Positions 1 through 10,177 of a DNA stretch of 32,000 bases are shown here, one piece after another. Source of the stretch: Candidatus Electronema halotolerans (GTDB lineage: Bacteria; Desulfobacterota; Desulfobulbia; Desulfobulbales; Desulfobulbaceae). The translations under genes and the position numbers were made by a program. The notes under the pieces are model-generated. The model was not told the DNA's origin. It saw only the letters and a list, made by a program, of their open reading frames with translations, and did no database searches. Location of the stretch: assembly GCA_942493095.1 (NCBI GenBank), contig OW818675.1, forward strand, positions 2,700,001 to 2,732,000, written 5' to 3'. How positions within the stretch are numbered: position 1 is the stretch's first letter; each line of letters starts with the position of its first letter.

Positions 1-2
1 GC

Positions 3-233
3 GCAATAGAGCTGCATAAAAGCGAGGACATGCTGCTGCCTGTGGAATTCCGGGCCAAAGGTGTGGTCGCGTGGGTGAGCAGCGACCGCATGGCCATTCA
101 ATTCACGGAGATGGAGCATGAGAGCCTGATTTTTCTTCAGACTGCTCTGCTGTATCAGGCTGATGACCCGATGCTGCTGGGCACGGAATTTGGTCGGGAT
201 GTGTCCTTTCAGGTGGTGGAGCAGGACGACTGA
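3..233 (+). CDS. C-terminal part of a PilZ-like domain protein (5' end outside window)
   Basis: Reading frame is open from the window edge; 'RAKGVVAWVSSDRMAIQFTEM' resembles the end of a PilZ domain. Confidence 0.5.
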   Translation, partial: AIELHKSEDMLLPVEFRAKGVVAWVSSDRMAIQFTEMEHESLIFLQTALLYQADDPMLLGTEFGRDVSFQVVEQDD

Positions 234-236
234 GGC

Positions 237-1325
237 TTACTGCTTCCTGACAATCGCCATTGCATCGCCGTAGCTGAAAAAGCGGTAGTTCTGTGCCACC
301 GCCTCAGCGTAGGCGGCCAGAATCCGTTCCCGCCCGGCCAAGGCTGAAACCAGAAAAAGCAGCGATGAGCAGGGCAGGTGAAAATTGGTGATCAGATTAT
401 CCACCGCTTTGAAGCGATAGCCCGGATAGATGTAGAGGCCGCAGAGTCCTTGGGTCGGCTGAACAAGGCCTGTCTCATCCGCAGCAAATTCAAGGGTGCG
501 GGCCGTGGTCGTGCCCACTGCCCAAATCCTGCGGCCAGCCTGCCGGGCCGCATTGACCGCCTCGGCAGTCTCTTCTGGAACGCGGACAAATTCCTGATGA
601 ATCTGATGCTCGCGAATGTCGCGGTGCCGCACCGGGGCAAAGGTGCCGTAGCCGACATGCAGAGTCACGGCAGCCTGCCTGATTCCTTTTTCCTCCAGCT
701 CCGCCAAAAGCTGCCGACTGAAATGCAGCCCGGCAGTAGGCGCGGCCACTGAGCCAAGCTGCTGCGCATATTCGGTCTGATACCGCTGCGCATCCGCCGC
801 TGTGCTGCCTGCGGGCCGCCGGATGTAGGGCGGCAGGGGTAGCTGGCCGTGCTGGTCAAGCAGCTGGGCAAGATCAGCCATTGGCGGGTGCAGCAGCCTG
901 ACCCTGACCTTGCCATCCGGCAGCAGCTCCTCAACGCGGGCTTGGAGATCATCAGCAAAATGCAGACGGCTGCCACGCTTGGGCCGTTTGGAACTCCTGA
1001 GCAGAGCCAAGGCCGTTGCCTCGCCCAGCCTGTTGCTCTCTGGAAAATGAAGCAGAAGCAGCTCCACCTTGCCGCCAGTGTCTTTTGTGCCAAAAAGGCG
1101 GGCCGGAAAGACCTTGCTGTTGTTGACCACAAGCAGATCGCCGGGCCGGAGCAGATCGCCTGCATCGGCAAAACAGCTGTGCCGGAGCGTGTCCTCGACG
1201 CAGTCAATAATCAGCAGCCGGGACTGGTCGCGCTGATCAGCAGGCTGCTGGGCAATCAGACGCTCCGGCAGAGGATAGTCGTAGGACGAGAGGCGGAACT
1301 GCGCCTCCGGGATATGTTCTGGCAT
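237..1325 (-). CDS. queA: S-adenosylmethionine:tRNA ribosyltransferase-isomerase
   Basis: 362 aa; hallmark motifs 'YDYPLPERLIAQQPA', 'RPAGSTAADAQRYQT', 'GYGTFAPVR', 'ITNFHLPCSSLLFLVSALAG'. Confidence 0.97.
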   Translation of the reverse strand: MPEHIPEAQFRLSSYDYPLPERLIAQQPADQRDQSRLLIIDCVEDTLRHSCFADAGDLLRPGDLLVVNNSKVFPARLFGTKDTGGKVELLLLHFPESNRLGEATALALLRSSKRPKRGSRLHFADDLQARVEELLPDGKVRVRLLHPPMADLAQLLDQHGQLPLPPYIRRPAGSTAADAQRYQTEYAQQLGSVAAPTAGLHFSRQLLAELEEKGIRQAAVTLHVGYGTFAPVRHRDIREHQIHQEFVRVPEETAEAVNAARQAGRRIWAVGTTTARTLEFAADETGLVQPTQGLCGLYIYPGYRFKAVDNLITNFHLPCSSLLFLVSALAGRERILAAYAEAVAQNYRFFSYGDAMAIVRKQ

Positions 1326-1388
1326 AAATCTGCTAAGATAAAGAACCGCTGCCGGGGACTCTCGGCAGCGGCTGGGAAGGAAGGCGGC

Positions 1389-2462
1389 TCAGAGCTGGGA
1401 ATCGTTGTAAGGGTTGCCGGGATAAATCGCTTCCGGCGCAGCGGGTCGGTATTCCGGCAGATACGGCCTGTCAAAGGTGATCTCACTGTCATCGCAGAAC
1501 GGAGCGCAGCTTTCTGTCTTGCTGCTTTCAACCTTGACCTTGCTTTTCGACCTGCCGTCAGCATCTGTGACCACAGAGATGTTGATCTTGGTTTCTGTGC
1601 GGTTGGCTGACTTGTTCACAGACGGTCGCACCTTCTTTTTCATGATCTCAATGCTGCGGCCTGTCCATGCGCTGGCGCAGCAGCTGTCCAAGGTGCGGCA
1701 GGAAATTGTCTGCCAGCCAAGATCATGAAAGCGGAAAGGGACATTCATCTCCTGTCCCGGCCTCACCCAGCCGGAATCATACGGATTGCTGTAATTCCAA
1801 TCAGAGCCGGAGGCCACGCACTGCACTCGCACATATCCACCTTGACGGCAGATGCCTGCGGTGACAGGAATGTCAATTGACCTGTCAAGCCGGGCTGCGC
1901 GGGGATGCTCGCTGACTAAGGGGCGGCCCAAGCCTTGGCCTGCGGGATATTTTTCAGGTTCAGGATAGGGAGAGGTTTCTTGGACATAGCCGAGAATCTG
2001 CTCGACAGGCTCAGGGTCTCTGGGGTAATATCCTCCTTGGGCCAAAATCCGCACCGGACCGACCCAAGCGTGGCCATAGCTGTTGGACATGCAGGCATAC
2101 AAGGGCTGATCCCGCTTCAGCATGTTCAGCCGCACCCTCAGCTCAACCGTGCGGCTGCCAGGCCGGACTGTGCCGGATTTGACGGTTTCTCCCCGCCAAC
2201 TGCCTGTTCTGATGAAGACATCACTTTCCGAATTAAACGGCAGCGCGTCTTTTTTGCGGATCATGAAGCGGGCATACGGACCGTTGACTTCCACGGACAT
2301 CTCCAGAATAGCCCCCCAAGAACCGCCTCCATCCTGAGTGTTGTTCACTGCCGGACCATAGCCGGCAGCGGCATTGTCAATTGGCAGGACAAGCAGACTG
2401 CATACGAAAAAAAGAAACACTGCTGCGGCAAGGTGCGCCGTTCTTCTGCAAGATAAAATCAT
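1389..2462 (-). CDS. Secreted hypothetical protein
   Basis: 357 aa ORF; N-terminal hydrophobic signal-like segment (HLAAAVFLFFVCSLLVLP); no family recognised. Confidence 0.7.
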   Translation of the reverse strand: MILSCRRTAHLAAAVFLFFVCSLLVLPIDNAAAGYGPAVNNTQDGGGSWGAILEMSVEVNGPYARFMIRKKDALPFNSESDVFIRTGSWRGETVKSGTVRPGSRTVELRVRLNMLKRDQPLYACMSNSYGHAWVGPVRILAQGGYYPRDPEPVEQILGYVQETSPYPEPEKYPAGQGLGRPLVSEHPRAARLDRSIDIPVTAGICRQGGYVRVQCVASGSDWNYSNPYDSGWVRPGQEMNVPFRFHDLGWQTISCRTLDSCCASAWTGRSIEIMKKKVRPSVNKSANRTETKINISVVTDADGRSKSKVKVESSKTESCAPFCDDSEITFDRPYLPEYRPAAPEAIYPGNPYNDSQL

Positions 2463-2615
2463 GACCAGCCTCCATTTTGAGCAAATTCATGACACAGCGG
2501 CTGCTGCTCCGGCTCCGGCGGGACTGCTGGCAGCCGGGAGATTCCATTTTCATTATACCAAGGCCAACAAGGAGCGTACAGTCCATTCTCAAGCACCGCA
2601 GCCGGAGTTCCGCGC

Positions 2616-3305
2616 ATGGCCATTCTGATCACTGCCGCGACCGCCTTGGAGATGCAAGCATGCAATGACGCAGGCGGCAAGGCTGACAGCACCTTGCGCC
2701 TGCTCACTGGCATCGGCCTGACCGAAACCGCCCTGTCGCTGACTTCCATGCTGCATCAGCATGCTGGAGCAGTTGAACTGGTCTTGAATTTCGGCATTGC
2801 CGGAGCCTATCCCGCAGGCAAGGCCGGACTGCTCGACATCTGCGTGGCTGACGAGGAAGTGCTGGGTGATCTCGGCATCGGCCTGCCGGAGCGGATTGTG
2901 CGTCTTGCTGACCGGGGCCTGTCTGTGGAGGACCGCTTTCTGCTCGACCCGCAGCTCAGGCAGGAGGCGGAACTGGCCTTGCAGCAGGCTGGCATGCGCT
3001 GCAAAACCGGGGTCTTTGTCACCGTCAATTGCGCCAGCGGCACAGAGCAGCGGGCAATGATGCTGGGCCGTCAGTTTCAGGGATTGTGTGAAAATATGGA
3101 AGGTGCGGCTGTGGCCAGAGTCTGCGGCCATTTCGGCCTGCCCTGCGTGGAGCTGCGCTGCATCAGCAATATGGCGGGCGAGACGGAGAGAAGCAGATGG
3201 CGGCTGCCGGAAGCCTGCGCACGGGCCGGACAGGCGGCGGCAGCGGTGGCTGACTTTTTCCTGCGGAAGGATGCCGCGAACAGGCATCCTTCAGGTCGGA
3301 CATGA
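2616..3305 (+). CDS. mqnB: Futalosine hydrolase (menaquinone biosynthesis, nucleosidase family)
   Basis: 229 aa with 'MAILITAATALEMQAC', 'GIAGAYPAGKAGLLDICVADEEVLGDLG', 'ENMEGAAVARVCGHFGLPCVELRCISN', typical of the MTA/SAH nucleosidase-like futalosine hydrolases. Confidence 0.85.
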   Translation: MAILITAATALEMQACNDAGGKADSTLRLLTGIGLTETALSLTSMLHQHAGAVELVLNFGIAGAYPAGKAGLLDICVADEEVLGDLGIGLPERIVRLADRGLSVEDRFLLDPQLRQEAELALQQAGMRCKTGVFVTVNCASGTEQRAMMLGRQFQGLCENMEGAAVARVCGHFGLPCVELRCISNMAGETERSRWRLPEACARAGQAAAAVADFFLRKDAANRHPSGRT

Positions 3306-5351
3306 TCAGCCGTTTTTGATCACCAAGGTGGTGCCGGGCTGGAGCAGATTGCCGTTCAGTCTGTTCCAGTCCTTGATGTCGTTGGTGGAAACTTGGAGCT
3401 TCTTGGAAATGGACCAGAGCGAATCGCCGCTGCGCACTTTATAGTAGCTGACCGCCGCCTCTTCCACATCCGCAGTTTTCCGTTTCCCTTTCCCGGAAAG
3501 CGTGACCATGCCGCCTGAGCTGCTTTTCGGCTCTGCCGCCGCAGCAACAGCAGGCGCGCCTGCGCCGGGCTTCAATTTTGTCCCGCTGGCCGTCAGCTCA
3601 ACTGGGCCGCTCTGGTGCTGCGGCTGCGGAACAGAAGGAGTCGCCGAAGCAATCTGCACAGCTACAGGCTCGATTGCACCCTGCGGCAGATGGATTGTCA
3701 ATTTCCGGCCCGCTTGGATGCTGTTCGCCTTGCTGACATGGTTCCACTTCATCAGCGCGGCCACGGAGACCTTGTATTTTTCGCTGACATGAGAAAGGGT
3801 TTCGCCTTTGCCCAGCTTGTATGTGGTTGTCATGTCAGCTGCGGCCACCTCAACCTGCTTTGTTCTGACAGCCTGCTTTTTGCTGTTTGTCAGAGCATAT
3901 TGCTGGCCGTTTGATGAAGCTGCTGCGCCAGGAATGCGCAGATATTGACCAGCCAGCAGTTTTGATGAGTGGAGATTGTTGACCTTGAGCAGATCGGTCA
4001 TGCTGACATGATACTTTTCGCTGATCCCGGACAGGGTCTCGTTTCTCGCCACTTTGTGACTGCGGTAGCCGACCTGCGCGCCGCCTGAATTATGCAGCGC
4101 GTCCGGCAGATTGGCTGCCACCAAGGCACTGCGGCCTGCGGGAACCTTGAGCAGCCAGCCACCCTTGGCCTGCGGCACTCGATCTTTGAGCAAATCGTTG
4201 TTGAGTTCCCGGAGCTGATCCAAGCTGACTGCCGCACTGGCCGCCACTGTCTTGAGCGGCGTGCCAGCAGGCACTTTGACCACTTCATGGCGCAGCGGTC
4301 TTCTGTACCTGATGCCCCTGAAGCCGTACTGCTCAGGATCGCGGGAAATCAGCACTGCCGCAATCATCTGCGGCACATAGCGTTTTGTTTCCAGAGCCAG
4401 ATAATCATGCTGGGCCAGCTCCCAGAAATTCTTGGCATTGTATTTTTTCAGCCCTCTTTCTATGGAGCCTTCTCCGGCATTGTAGGCTGCCACAGCCAAA
4501 TGCCAGTCGCCAAAGCGTTTGTACAGGGCTTTCAGATAGGCCACAGCAGCCTTGGTCGCTTTTTCAGGATCACGGCGCTCGTCCGCCCAAGAATCAACGC
4601 GCAGACCATAATTGCGGCCTGTGCCCGGAATGAACTGCCAGAGACCAGAGGCGTGGGAGCGGGAATAGGCGGAAGGATTGAAACCGGATTCGATCATGGC
4701 CAGCCAGGCCAATTCCAGCGGCAGGCCAGCCTTGTTCAGCTCCTGCGTGATAAAGGGCAAATATTTGCTGGACCGCTCCAGCCAGCGGCGGAAATTTTTC
4801 CGCTGTCTGCCTTGAAAGAGACTGAGATAATACTCAACCTGCCTGTTGACGACCACCGGGAACCCGCAGGCGATCTTTTTGCCTGCCTGAGAGGGATTGA
4901 ATTCAGGAACAATCGCATTCAGGTCAGCAATGTCCGGTTCAGGCACTTCTGGACGGATCCGCTTTTCCGGCCAGACCGGCTCCTCGCTCGGCGCAGGCAG
5001 GTCGCACTGCGTTCCGCCCTCCGGCTCCACCGCTGTCCATTCGCCGGTCTCTTTCAGTCCCTTCAGCTCGTCCTGCAAATCCTGCTCTGATTCAAGAGCA
5101 ATCGAACTGTCATCCTCATGCTCCTCCTCGTCGGTCACGTCGATCCACTGCACGGCAGCCTCGGCCTGCTGCTGCTCCTGCCGCTCAAAATAGCGTTCAA
5201 CAATCAGCCGCAGCTGCTCCGACTCATCCGTCTCCGCCTGCTGGTCAGGACCGCCGCTGTATCTGCTGCTGTCAATGGGCGAACAGGCTGCGGGCAGGGA
5301 CAGCGGCACCAGCAGCATGATATACGAAATGACTTTCTTGGTTTTCTTCAT
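3306..5351 (-). CDS. MltD-like lytic murein transglycosylase lipoprotein with C-terminal LysM repeats
   Basis: SLT motifs 'ESGFNPSAYSRSHASGLWQFIPGTGRNYGL' and 'AYNAGEGSIERGL'; several LysM repeats. Lipobox-like 'LSLPAAC' after the Met at 5351. The track ORF extends to 5579 but 5351 is the likely start. Confidence 0.92.
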   Translation of the reverse strand: MKKTKKVISYIMLLVPLSLPAACSPIDSSRYSGGPDQQAETDESEQLRLIVERYFERQEQQQAEAAVQWIDVTDEEEHEDDSSIALESEQDLQDELKGLKETGEWTAVEPEGGTQCDLPAPSEEPVWPEKRIRPEVPEPDIADLNAIVPEFNPSQAGKKIACGFPVVVNRQVEYYLSLFQGRQRKNFRRWLERSSKYLPFITQELNKAGLPLELAWLAMIESGFNPSAYSRSHASGLWQFIPGTGRNYGLRVDSWADERRDPEKATKAAVAYLKALYKRFGDWHLAVAAYNAGEGSIERGLKKYNAKNFWELAQHDYLALETKRYVPQMIAAVLISRDPEQYGFRGIRYRRPLRHEVVKVPAGTPLKTVAASAAVSLDQLRELNNDLLKDRVPQAKGGWLLKVPAGRSALVAANLPDALHNSGGAQVGYRSHKVARNETLSGISEKYHVSMTDLLKVNNLHSSKLLAGQYLRIPGAAASSNGQQYALTNSKKQAVRTKQVEVAAADMTTTYKLGKGETLSHVSEKYKVSVAALMKWNHVSKANSIQAGRKLTIHLPQGAIEPVAVQIASATPSVPQPQHQSGPVELTASGTKLKPGAGAPAVAAAAEPKSSSGGMVTLSGKGKRKTADVEEAAVSYYKVRSGDSLWSISKKLQVSTNDIKDWNRLNGNLLQPGTTLVIKNG

Positions 5352-5684
5352 TATTATTCGTGAATGCTTCCGTGATTGATCAGAGTACGAGCCGTTGGAC
5401 CGGCTTGTATTTTCAGGAAATGCTTCAGAGAGGACACCGTCGGATGTCTCATGCTCTGTTTTTACCATAGAACTGCTGCTTTTTACAAGAAAAAACACAT
5501 TGTTGGTCATAATTGCGATTGACGGGCCGAACCTTTTGTTTTTCCTGAAAATTTTAAACAACACCGCTTCAGATGCCATGCTCCGGCAGCCGATTCTGCT
5601 GGACAGCCTCAGCAGCAGAGAATATCATATTTGCCAAATCATGCTCCGCTGCCCGCTCTGTTCTGTTCTGACCGTGCCATCGCC

Positions 5685-8600
5685 ATGCGCCGTTTTTTTG
5701 CTGTGCTTTTCAGACTGTTTTTCTGCTGTGCCGTGCTTGGACTGCTGACAGCGGTCTGCGCCTTGGGCTGGGTCTATTATTTGGTCACCCAAGTGCCCTG
5801 CCCGGAAATGGCTCCTGCCCGGATTGCCGCCATTCTGGGCCGGGAAAGTCCGGTCTGCTACCGGGACGGACAGGAAAAAATCGGGGTGCTTTTTGACGAG
5901 ATTCACCGCCAGTATCTGACCTACGAGCAGCTGCCGGAGTCGTTTGTCAAAGCCATTGTCGCAGCTGAGGATGATCAGTTTTTTCATCATTACGGCATTG
6001 ATCCACCCGGCATTGCCAAGGCCCTGCTGGTGAACTGGCAGGCAGGTCACATTGTCCGGGGCGGCAGCACCCTCACCCAGCAGACCGTCAAGAATTTGTT
6101 CGGGCGCAGCGGACGGAGCTATGAGGCCAAGCTCAAGGAGATGCTCTATGCCCTGCGTTTGGAGCAGCGGTTCTCCAAGGAGAAAATTCTTGAATTTTAC
6201 AGCAATCAGTTCTATGTCAGCGGCAACGGCCACGGCTTGGGCTTTGCGGCCCGCTATTATTTTGACAAGGCTCCGGCAGAGCTGAACCTGCTTGAAACCG
6301 CCTTTATTGCCGGTTCAGTCAAGCAGCCCAGTCATTATGATCCCTTTATTCAGAAGGACCGGGCGGCGGCATCTCAAGCCAAGGAGCGGGCCAAGGAGCG
6401 GGCAGGCTATGTGCTCAACAGGATGCGCAAGTTTGAGATGATCAATGCGGCGGAATTTGCAGCGGCCCAAAAAAACAAACTTGTCTTCAAGCGCGGCAAG
6501 ACCAGCTATGCCCTCAACACGCTCATGGACATGGTCAGGGCCGGCCTGTCTTCCCAAGACCTTTCTGAGGTGCTGGCCGAGCACGGCATTGACGACATTG
6601 TCACCTCCGGGGCCAAGATCATCACCACCATTGACAAAAGTCTGCAAACTGAAACCCTGCACAGCCTGCGGCGGCAGCTTTCCAGTCTTGATGTCCAGCT
6701 GCGCGGTTATGACCGGGAGGAGGTGCGGAAGGAATACAAGGAGGCTGAGGGCGACAGCGAAGTCAGTGAGAAAAGTTTTGTCTTTGCCACGATCAAAAAC
6801 ATTGAGCAGAGCGAGCCGCAGCAGCCGAAAATCACCGTCCGCTTTGCTGACGGGCAGCCGCAGGAAGGGCTGATCGACCGCGAAGGACTGGAGCAGATGC
6901 TCATTGCCTTGGTCAAGCATCGCAGAGGGAAATGGGCCAAGCCGGGCAAAAAGGATTTGGCGGATCTGCTCAAGCGGCTGCGGGTCGGCGACAAGGTGTA
7001 TGTCAGTGTCCGGGAGGCGGATTCTTCCTTTAACGAGGTGCCGCTGCTGGACTTGGAACGCTATCCTGACAAGCTGCAAGGCGCGGCAGTGGTGATGCGG
7101 CAGGGCGCGGTGACGGCCTTGGCAGGCGGCATGGACAACCGGTTCTTCAACCGGGCTGTGGATGGCAAGCGGCCAATGGGATCAACCATGAAGCCTTTTC
7201 TTTATGCCGCCGCCCTTCAGCTCGGCTGGAGTCCGCTTGATCTGCTCAACAACCGGCGCAATGTCTTTGTTTTTCGGGATGATCCCTATTTTCCCCGGCC
7301 TGATCACAAAAGCCCGTTCGCCCATGTTTCCATGAGCTGGGCCGGAGTCAAGTCGGAAAATGTCGCCTCAGTCTGGCTTCTCTATCATCTGACTGACAAG
7401 CTGACCCCTGCCGGACTGCTGCAAACTGCGGCCGGAGTTGACATGACCCCCCGTGACCAAGAGGATTACGAATCTTTCAGTGCTCGAATGCGCAGCAATT
7501 TTGGTCTGTACGTCACCAAAGATGATCTTGACCAGAGCGCATACAAACAGGCTCTGAAAAAAGCGGAGGCGGATTTTCTTTTTGAAGGCAGGCAGGCGGA
7601 ATACCAGCAATGGCTGAAGATTCCTTTTGGTCTCCATTACAACAAGTTCCGGGCTGGCATCCGTCGGGAGCTGCAAAAACGCGGCTTGACCTCTGAGGAA
7701 AAATCAGAGGGTTGGCGGCAGCTTTCCATGCTGGGGCAGGGCTATCCTGATCTGGAGCGGAGTCAGCGCGCCTTGGAGCAGTACCGCAAATACCTTAGCC
7801 AGCTGGCCGCAGCCGCAGTGCCGCGCTTTTTTCAGCAGGAGCCGCCGGATGCAGCAGATCGTCCATCCGGCACGATGGCTTCAGATGAGCAGGGGCGGCT
7901 GATCTTCACCCAGAGCAGCGGCCTGCCAGAGAGCTGGGAGCCAGTCGATGATCAGAATCTGCGGCGGCGGCTGGCTGGCATGTATCCGGCAGAGCAGGAC
8001 ATGCTCTGGAGCAATGTCCTGCTCGAAGGCAGAGTCAGCTCCGGCAGTTTGGCCATCATCAAGCGGCAGATGGATAAAGAGCGGGCTGTCTTGGCCGGGC
8101 AGCAGCCGTATGCACTGGAGGTGCTGCTCAAGCTCCGTGACTACCGGGTCATGGTCGGCCTGCAATATCTGATCCGGCTGGCCCGCGCCGCCGGAGTCAG
8201 GAGCGATCTGGAGCCAGTGCTTTCCTTTCCTCTTGGCTCCAATGTCATCTCGCTGATGGACAGTGTCCGCATGTACGAGACCTTGGTCACTGGCAGCCGC
8301 TGGCAGGCCCGGCTGCGTGATGAACCCTTGCAGGCCGAGGCAGCGGTTCCAGAGGAGGAAAAGGAGAATATTCAGGCCGGACTGGCCCTGATTGAACGGA
8401 TTGAAACCCCGGAAGGCCGGGTCATTTACAGCCGCAGAGCAGCGGCCCGGCCTGTGCTGGACCGGAAAAGCAGCAGCGAGGTCAGCAACATCCTCCAGAA
8501 TGTGGTCCGCTGGGGCACTGGCCATCATGCTTGGGAAACTGTCCGCCTGCCCGGCATTGGCGAGGACAAGAAAAAAAGTCCGGCCCTGCCGCTGCTCGGC

Positions 8601-9098
8601 AAGACAGGCACGGCCAACGACTTCCGCAATGCCGCCTTTCTCGGCTTTGTCCCGGCAGAAACTGCCCCTGAAGGCGAGGCTCTGCTGGCAAATTCCGGCT
8701 ATGCTCTGGGCGTGTATGTGGGCTATGACAACAACGATCCGATGAAAAAAGGCAGCTTGCGGATCAGCGGCTCGCAGGGTGCCCTGCCCGCTTGGATCCG
8801 CATCGCCCAAGCCTTGGTCAGCAAAGAAGGTCTTGCCGACCGCCTGCATCCTGAAACCCTGACCGGCTCCAGCATTCCCCTGCAATATCCTGACACTGGT
8901 CAGCTCTTCATGCCAGTGGATAAAGAAAACGGCGGGCGGATGCGCCGGGGCAAGGCCGGGCTGCGTCAAGATACGGCTCCAGAAGAGCCTGCTGTTCTCA
9001 GTCACGGCGCACCGGGCCGGAACGGCGGTTTTGAGCCGGAGCGCCGCTTCCGGCCTTTCTGGCTGCTCCAGCAGGAAGCCGCTGCGGTTGCTGACTGA
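5685..9098 (+). CDS. Class A penicillin-binding protein (bifunctional transglycosylase/transpeptidase)
   Basis: GT51 motifs 'EDDQFFHHYGIDPPGIAKAL' and 'RGGSTLTQQTVKNLF'; transpeptidase motifs 'GSTMKPFLYAAAL' and 'LLGKTGTAND'. Likely start is MRRFFAVLFRLFF (5685) rather than 5631. Confidence 0.93.
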   Translation: MRRFFAVLFRLFFCCAVLGLLTAVCALGWVYYLVTQVPCPEMAPARIAAILGRESPVCYRDGQEKIGVLFDEIHRQYLTYEQLPESFVKAIVAAEDDQFFHHYGIDPPGIAKALLVNWQAGHIVRGGSTLTQQTVKNLFGRSGRSYEAKLKEMLYALRLEQRFSKEKILEFYSNQFYVSGNGHGLGFAARYYFDKAPAELNLLETAFIAGSVKQPSHYDPFIQKDRAAASQAKERAKERAGYVLNRMRKFEMINAAEFAAAQKNKLVFKRGKTSYALNTLMDMVRAGLSSQDLSEVLAEHGIDDIVTSGAKIITTIDKSLQTETLHSLRRQLSSLDVQLRGYDREEVRKEYKEAEGDSEVSEKSFVFATIKNIEQSEPQQPKITVRFADGQPQEGLIDREGLEQMLIALVKHRRGKWAKPGKKDLADLLKRLRVGDKVYVSVREADSSFNEVPLLDLERYPDKLQGAAVVMRQGAVTALAGGMDNRFFNRAVDGKRPMGSTMKPFLYAAALQLGWSPLDLLNNRRNVFVFRDDPYFPRPDHKSPFAHVSMSWAGVKSENVASVWLLYHLTDKLTPAGLLQTAAGVDMTPRDQEDYESFSARMRSNFGLYVTKDDLDQSAYKQALKKAEADFLFEGRQAEYQQWLKIPFGLHYNKFRAGIRRELQKRGLTSEEKSEGWRQLSMLGQGYPDLERSQRALEQYRKYLSQLAAAAVPRFFQQEPPDAADRPSGTMASDEQGRLIFTQSSGLPESWEPVDDQNLRRRLAGMYPAEQDMLWSNVLLEGRVSSGSLAIIKRQMDKERAVLAGQQPYALEVLLKLRDYRVMVGLQYLIRLARAAGVRSDLEPVLSFPLGSNVISLMDSVRMYETLVTGSRWQARLRDEPLQAEAAVPEEEKENIQAGLALIERIETPEGRVIYSRRAAARPVLDRKSSSEVSNILQNVVRWGTGHHAWETVRLPGIGEDKKKSPALPLLGKTGTANDFRNAAFLGFVPAETAPEGEALLANSGYALGVYVGYDNNDPMKKGSLRISGSQGALPAWIRIAQALVSKEGLADRLHPETLTGSSIPLQYPDTGQLFMPVDKENGGRMRRGKAGLRQDTAPEEPAVLSHGAPGRNGGFEPERRFRPFWLLQQEAAAVAD

Positions 9099-9211
9099 GC
9101 TGCTCAGGATTGCTCCAGATCAAGGTGCTGCCGTTTTATCTTCAGGCCGCCGGAAAAGCCAGTCAACTGTTCGGCGCAGCCAATCACCCGATGGCAGGAA
9201 ATCAACGAATT

Positions 9212-10177
9212 ATGAAAACAGCTCTGATCAGCGGCGCATCCGGTCAGGATGGAGCTTATCTCGCCCAACTGCTTTTGGAAAAAGGCTATGCTGTCTATGG
9301 CGCATCCCGCGATGCCCAGACCTGCTCTTTTGCCAACCTGCGGCGGCTGGGCATCCGGGAGCAGGTGCGGCCCCTGTCCTTGGCAGTCAATGATTTCCGC
9401 AGTGTGCTTCAAGCCTTGCAGGCGGCAGAGCCGGACGAAGTCTATAATCTTGCCGGGCAGAGTTCAGTCGGCCTGTCTTTTGAGCAGCCAGTGGAAACCT
9501 TGGAGAGCATCAGCACCGCAGCCCTCAATTTTCTGGAGGCGATCCGTTTCACCGGGCGGCAGATTAAGTTCTACAATGCCGGCTCAAGCGAATGCTTTGG
9601 CGACACTGGCAGCCGGGCGGCGGATGAGGAGACTCCTTTCCGGCCCCGCAGCCCGTATGCGGTGGCCAAGGCCTCAGCCCATTGGATTGTGGCCAACTAC
9701 CGGGAAGCCTACAATCTTTTTGCCTGCACCGGCATTCTTTTCAACCATGAGTCGCCACTCCGGCCTGAACGTTTTGTCACCGGCAAGATCATTGCTGCAG
9801 CCTGCCGGATTGCAGCGGGCAGTCAGAAAAAGCTGTTCTTAGGCAATCTGGACATCCGCCGCGACTGGGGCTGGGCACCGGAATATGTGCAGGCCATGCA
9901 CCTGATGCTCCAGCAAGACATGCCGCAGGACTATGTCATCGCCACAGGGCGCAGCCATTCGCTGGAGGACTTTGTCCGTCTTGCCTTTGAGGAGCTGGGG
10001 CTGGACTGGCGCGAACATCTGGTGGCGGATAAAACCCTGCTCCGTCCGACCGACATCCGCGAAGGCCGGGGCAATCCGGCCAAGGCGGCGCAGGAGCTGG
10101 GCTGGCAGGCGAGGTTCCAGTTGGAGGATGTGGTGCGGGGCATGCTCAAGGGAGAGCAGGAGAAGCAGAGTCAGTAG
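9212..10177 (+). CDS. gmd: NAD-dependent nucleotide-sugar dehydratase, GDP-mannose 4,6-dehydratase-like
   Basis: Likely start MKTALISGASGQDGAYLAQLLLEKGY; 'NLAGQSSVGLSFEQP', 'SSECFG', 'SPYAVAKASAHWIVANYREAY', 'RPTDIREGRGNPAKA'. Confidence 0.85.
   Translation: MKTALISGASGQDGAYLAQLLLEKGYAVYGASRDAQTCSFANLRRLGIREQVRPLSLAVNDFRSVLQALQAAEPDEVYNLAGQSSVGLSFEQPVETLESISTAALNFLEAIRFTGRQIKFYNAGSSECFGDTGSRAADEETPFRPRSPYAVAKASAHWIVANYREAYNLFACTGILFNHESPLRPERFVTGKIIAAACRIAAGSQKKLFLGNLDIRRDWGWAPEYVQAMHLMLQQDMPQDYVIATGRSHSLEDFVRLAFEELGLDWREHLVADKTLLRPTDIREGRGNPAKAAQELGWQARFQLEDVVRGMLKGEQEKQSQ

Noticed and set aside
4092-5090. Plus-strand ORF (332 aa) antisense to the LysM transglycosylase
   Set aside because: Antisense read-through of a clearly coding gene.
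7881-9005. Minus-strand ORF (374 aa) within the PBP gene
   Set aside because: Antisense to a well-supported class A PBP; no recognisable motifs.
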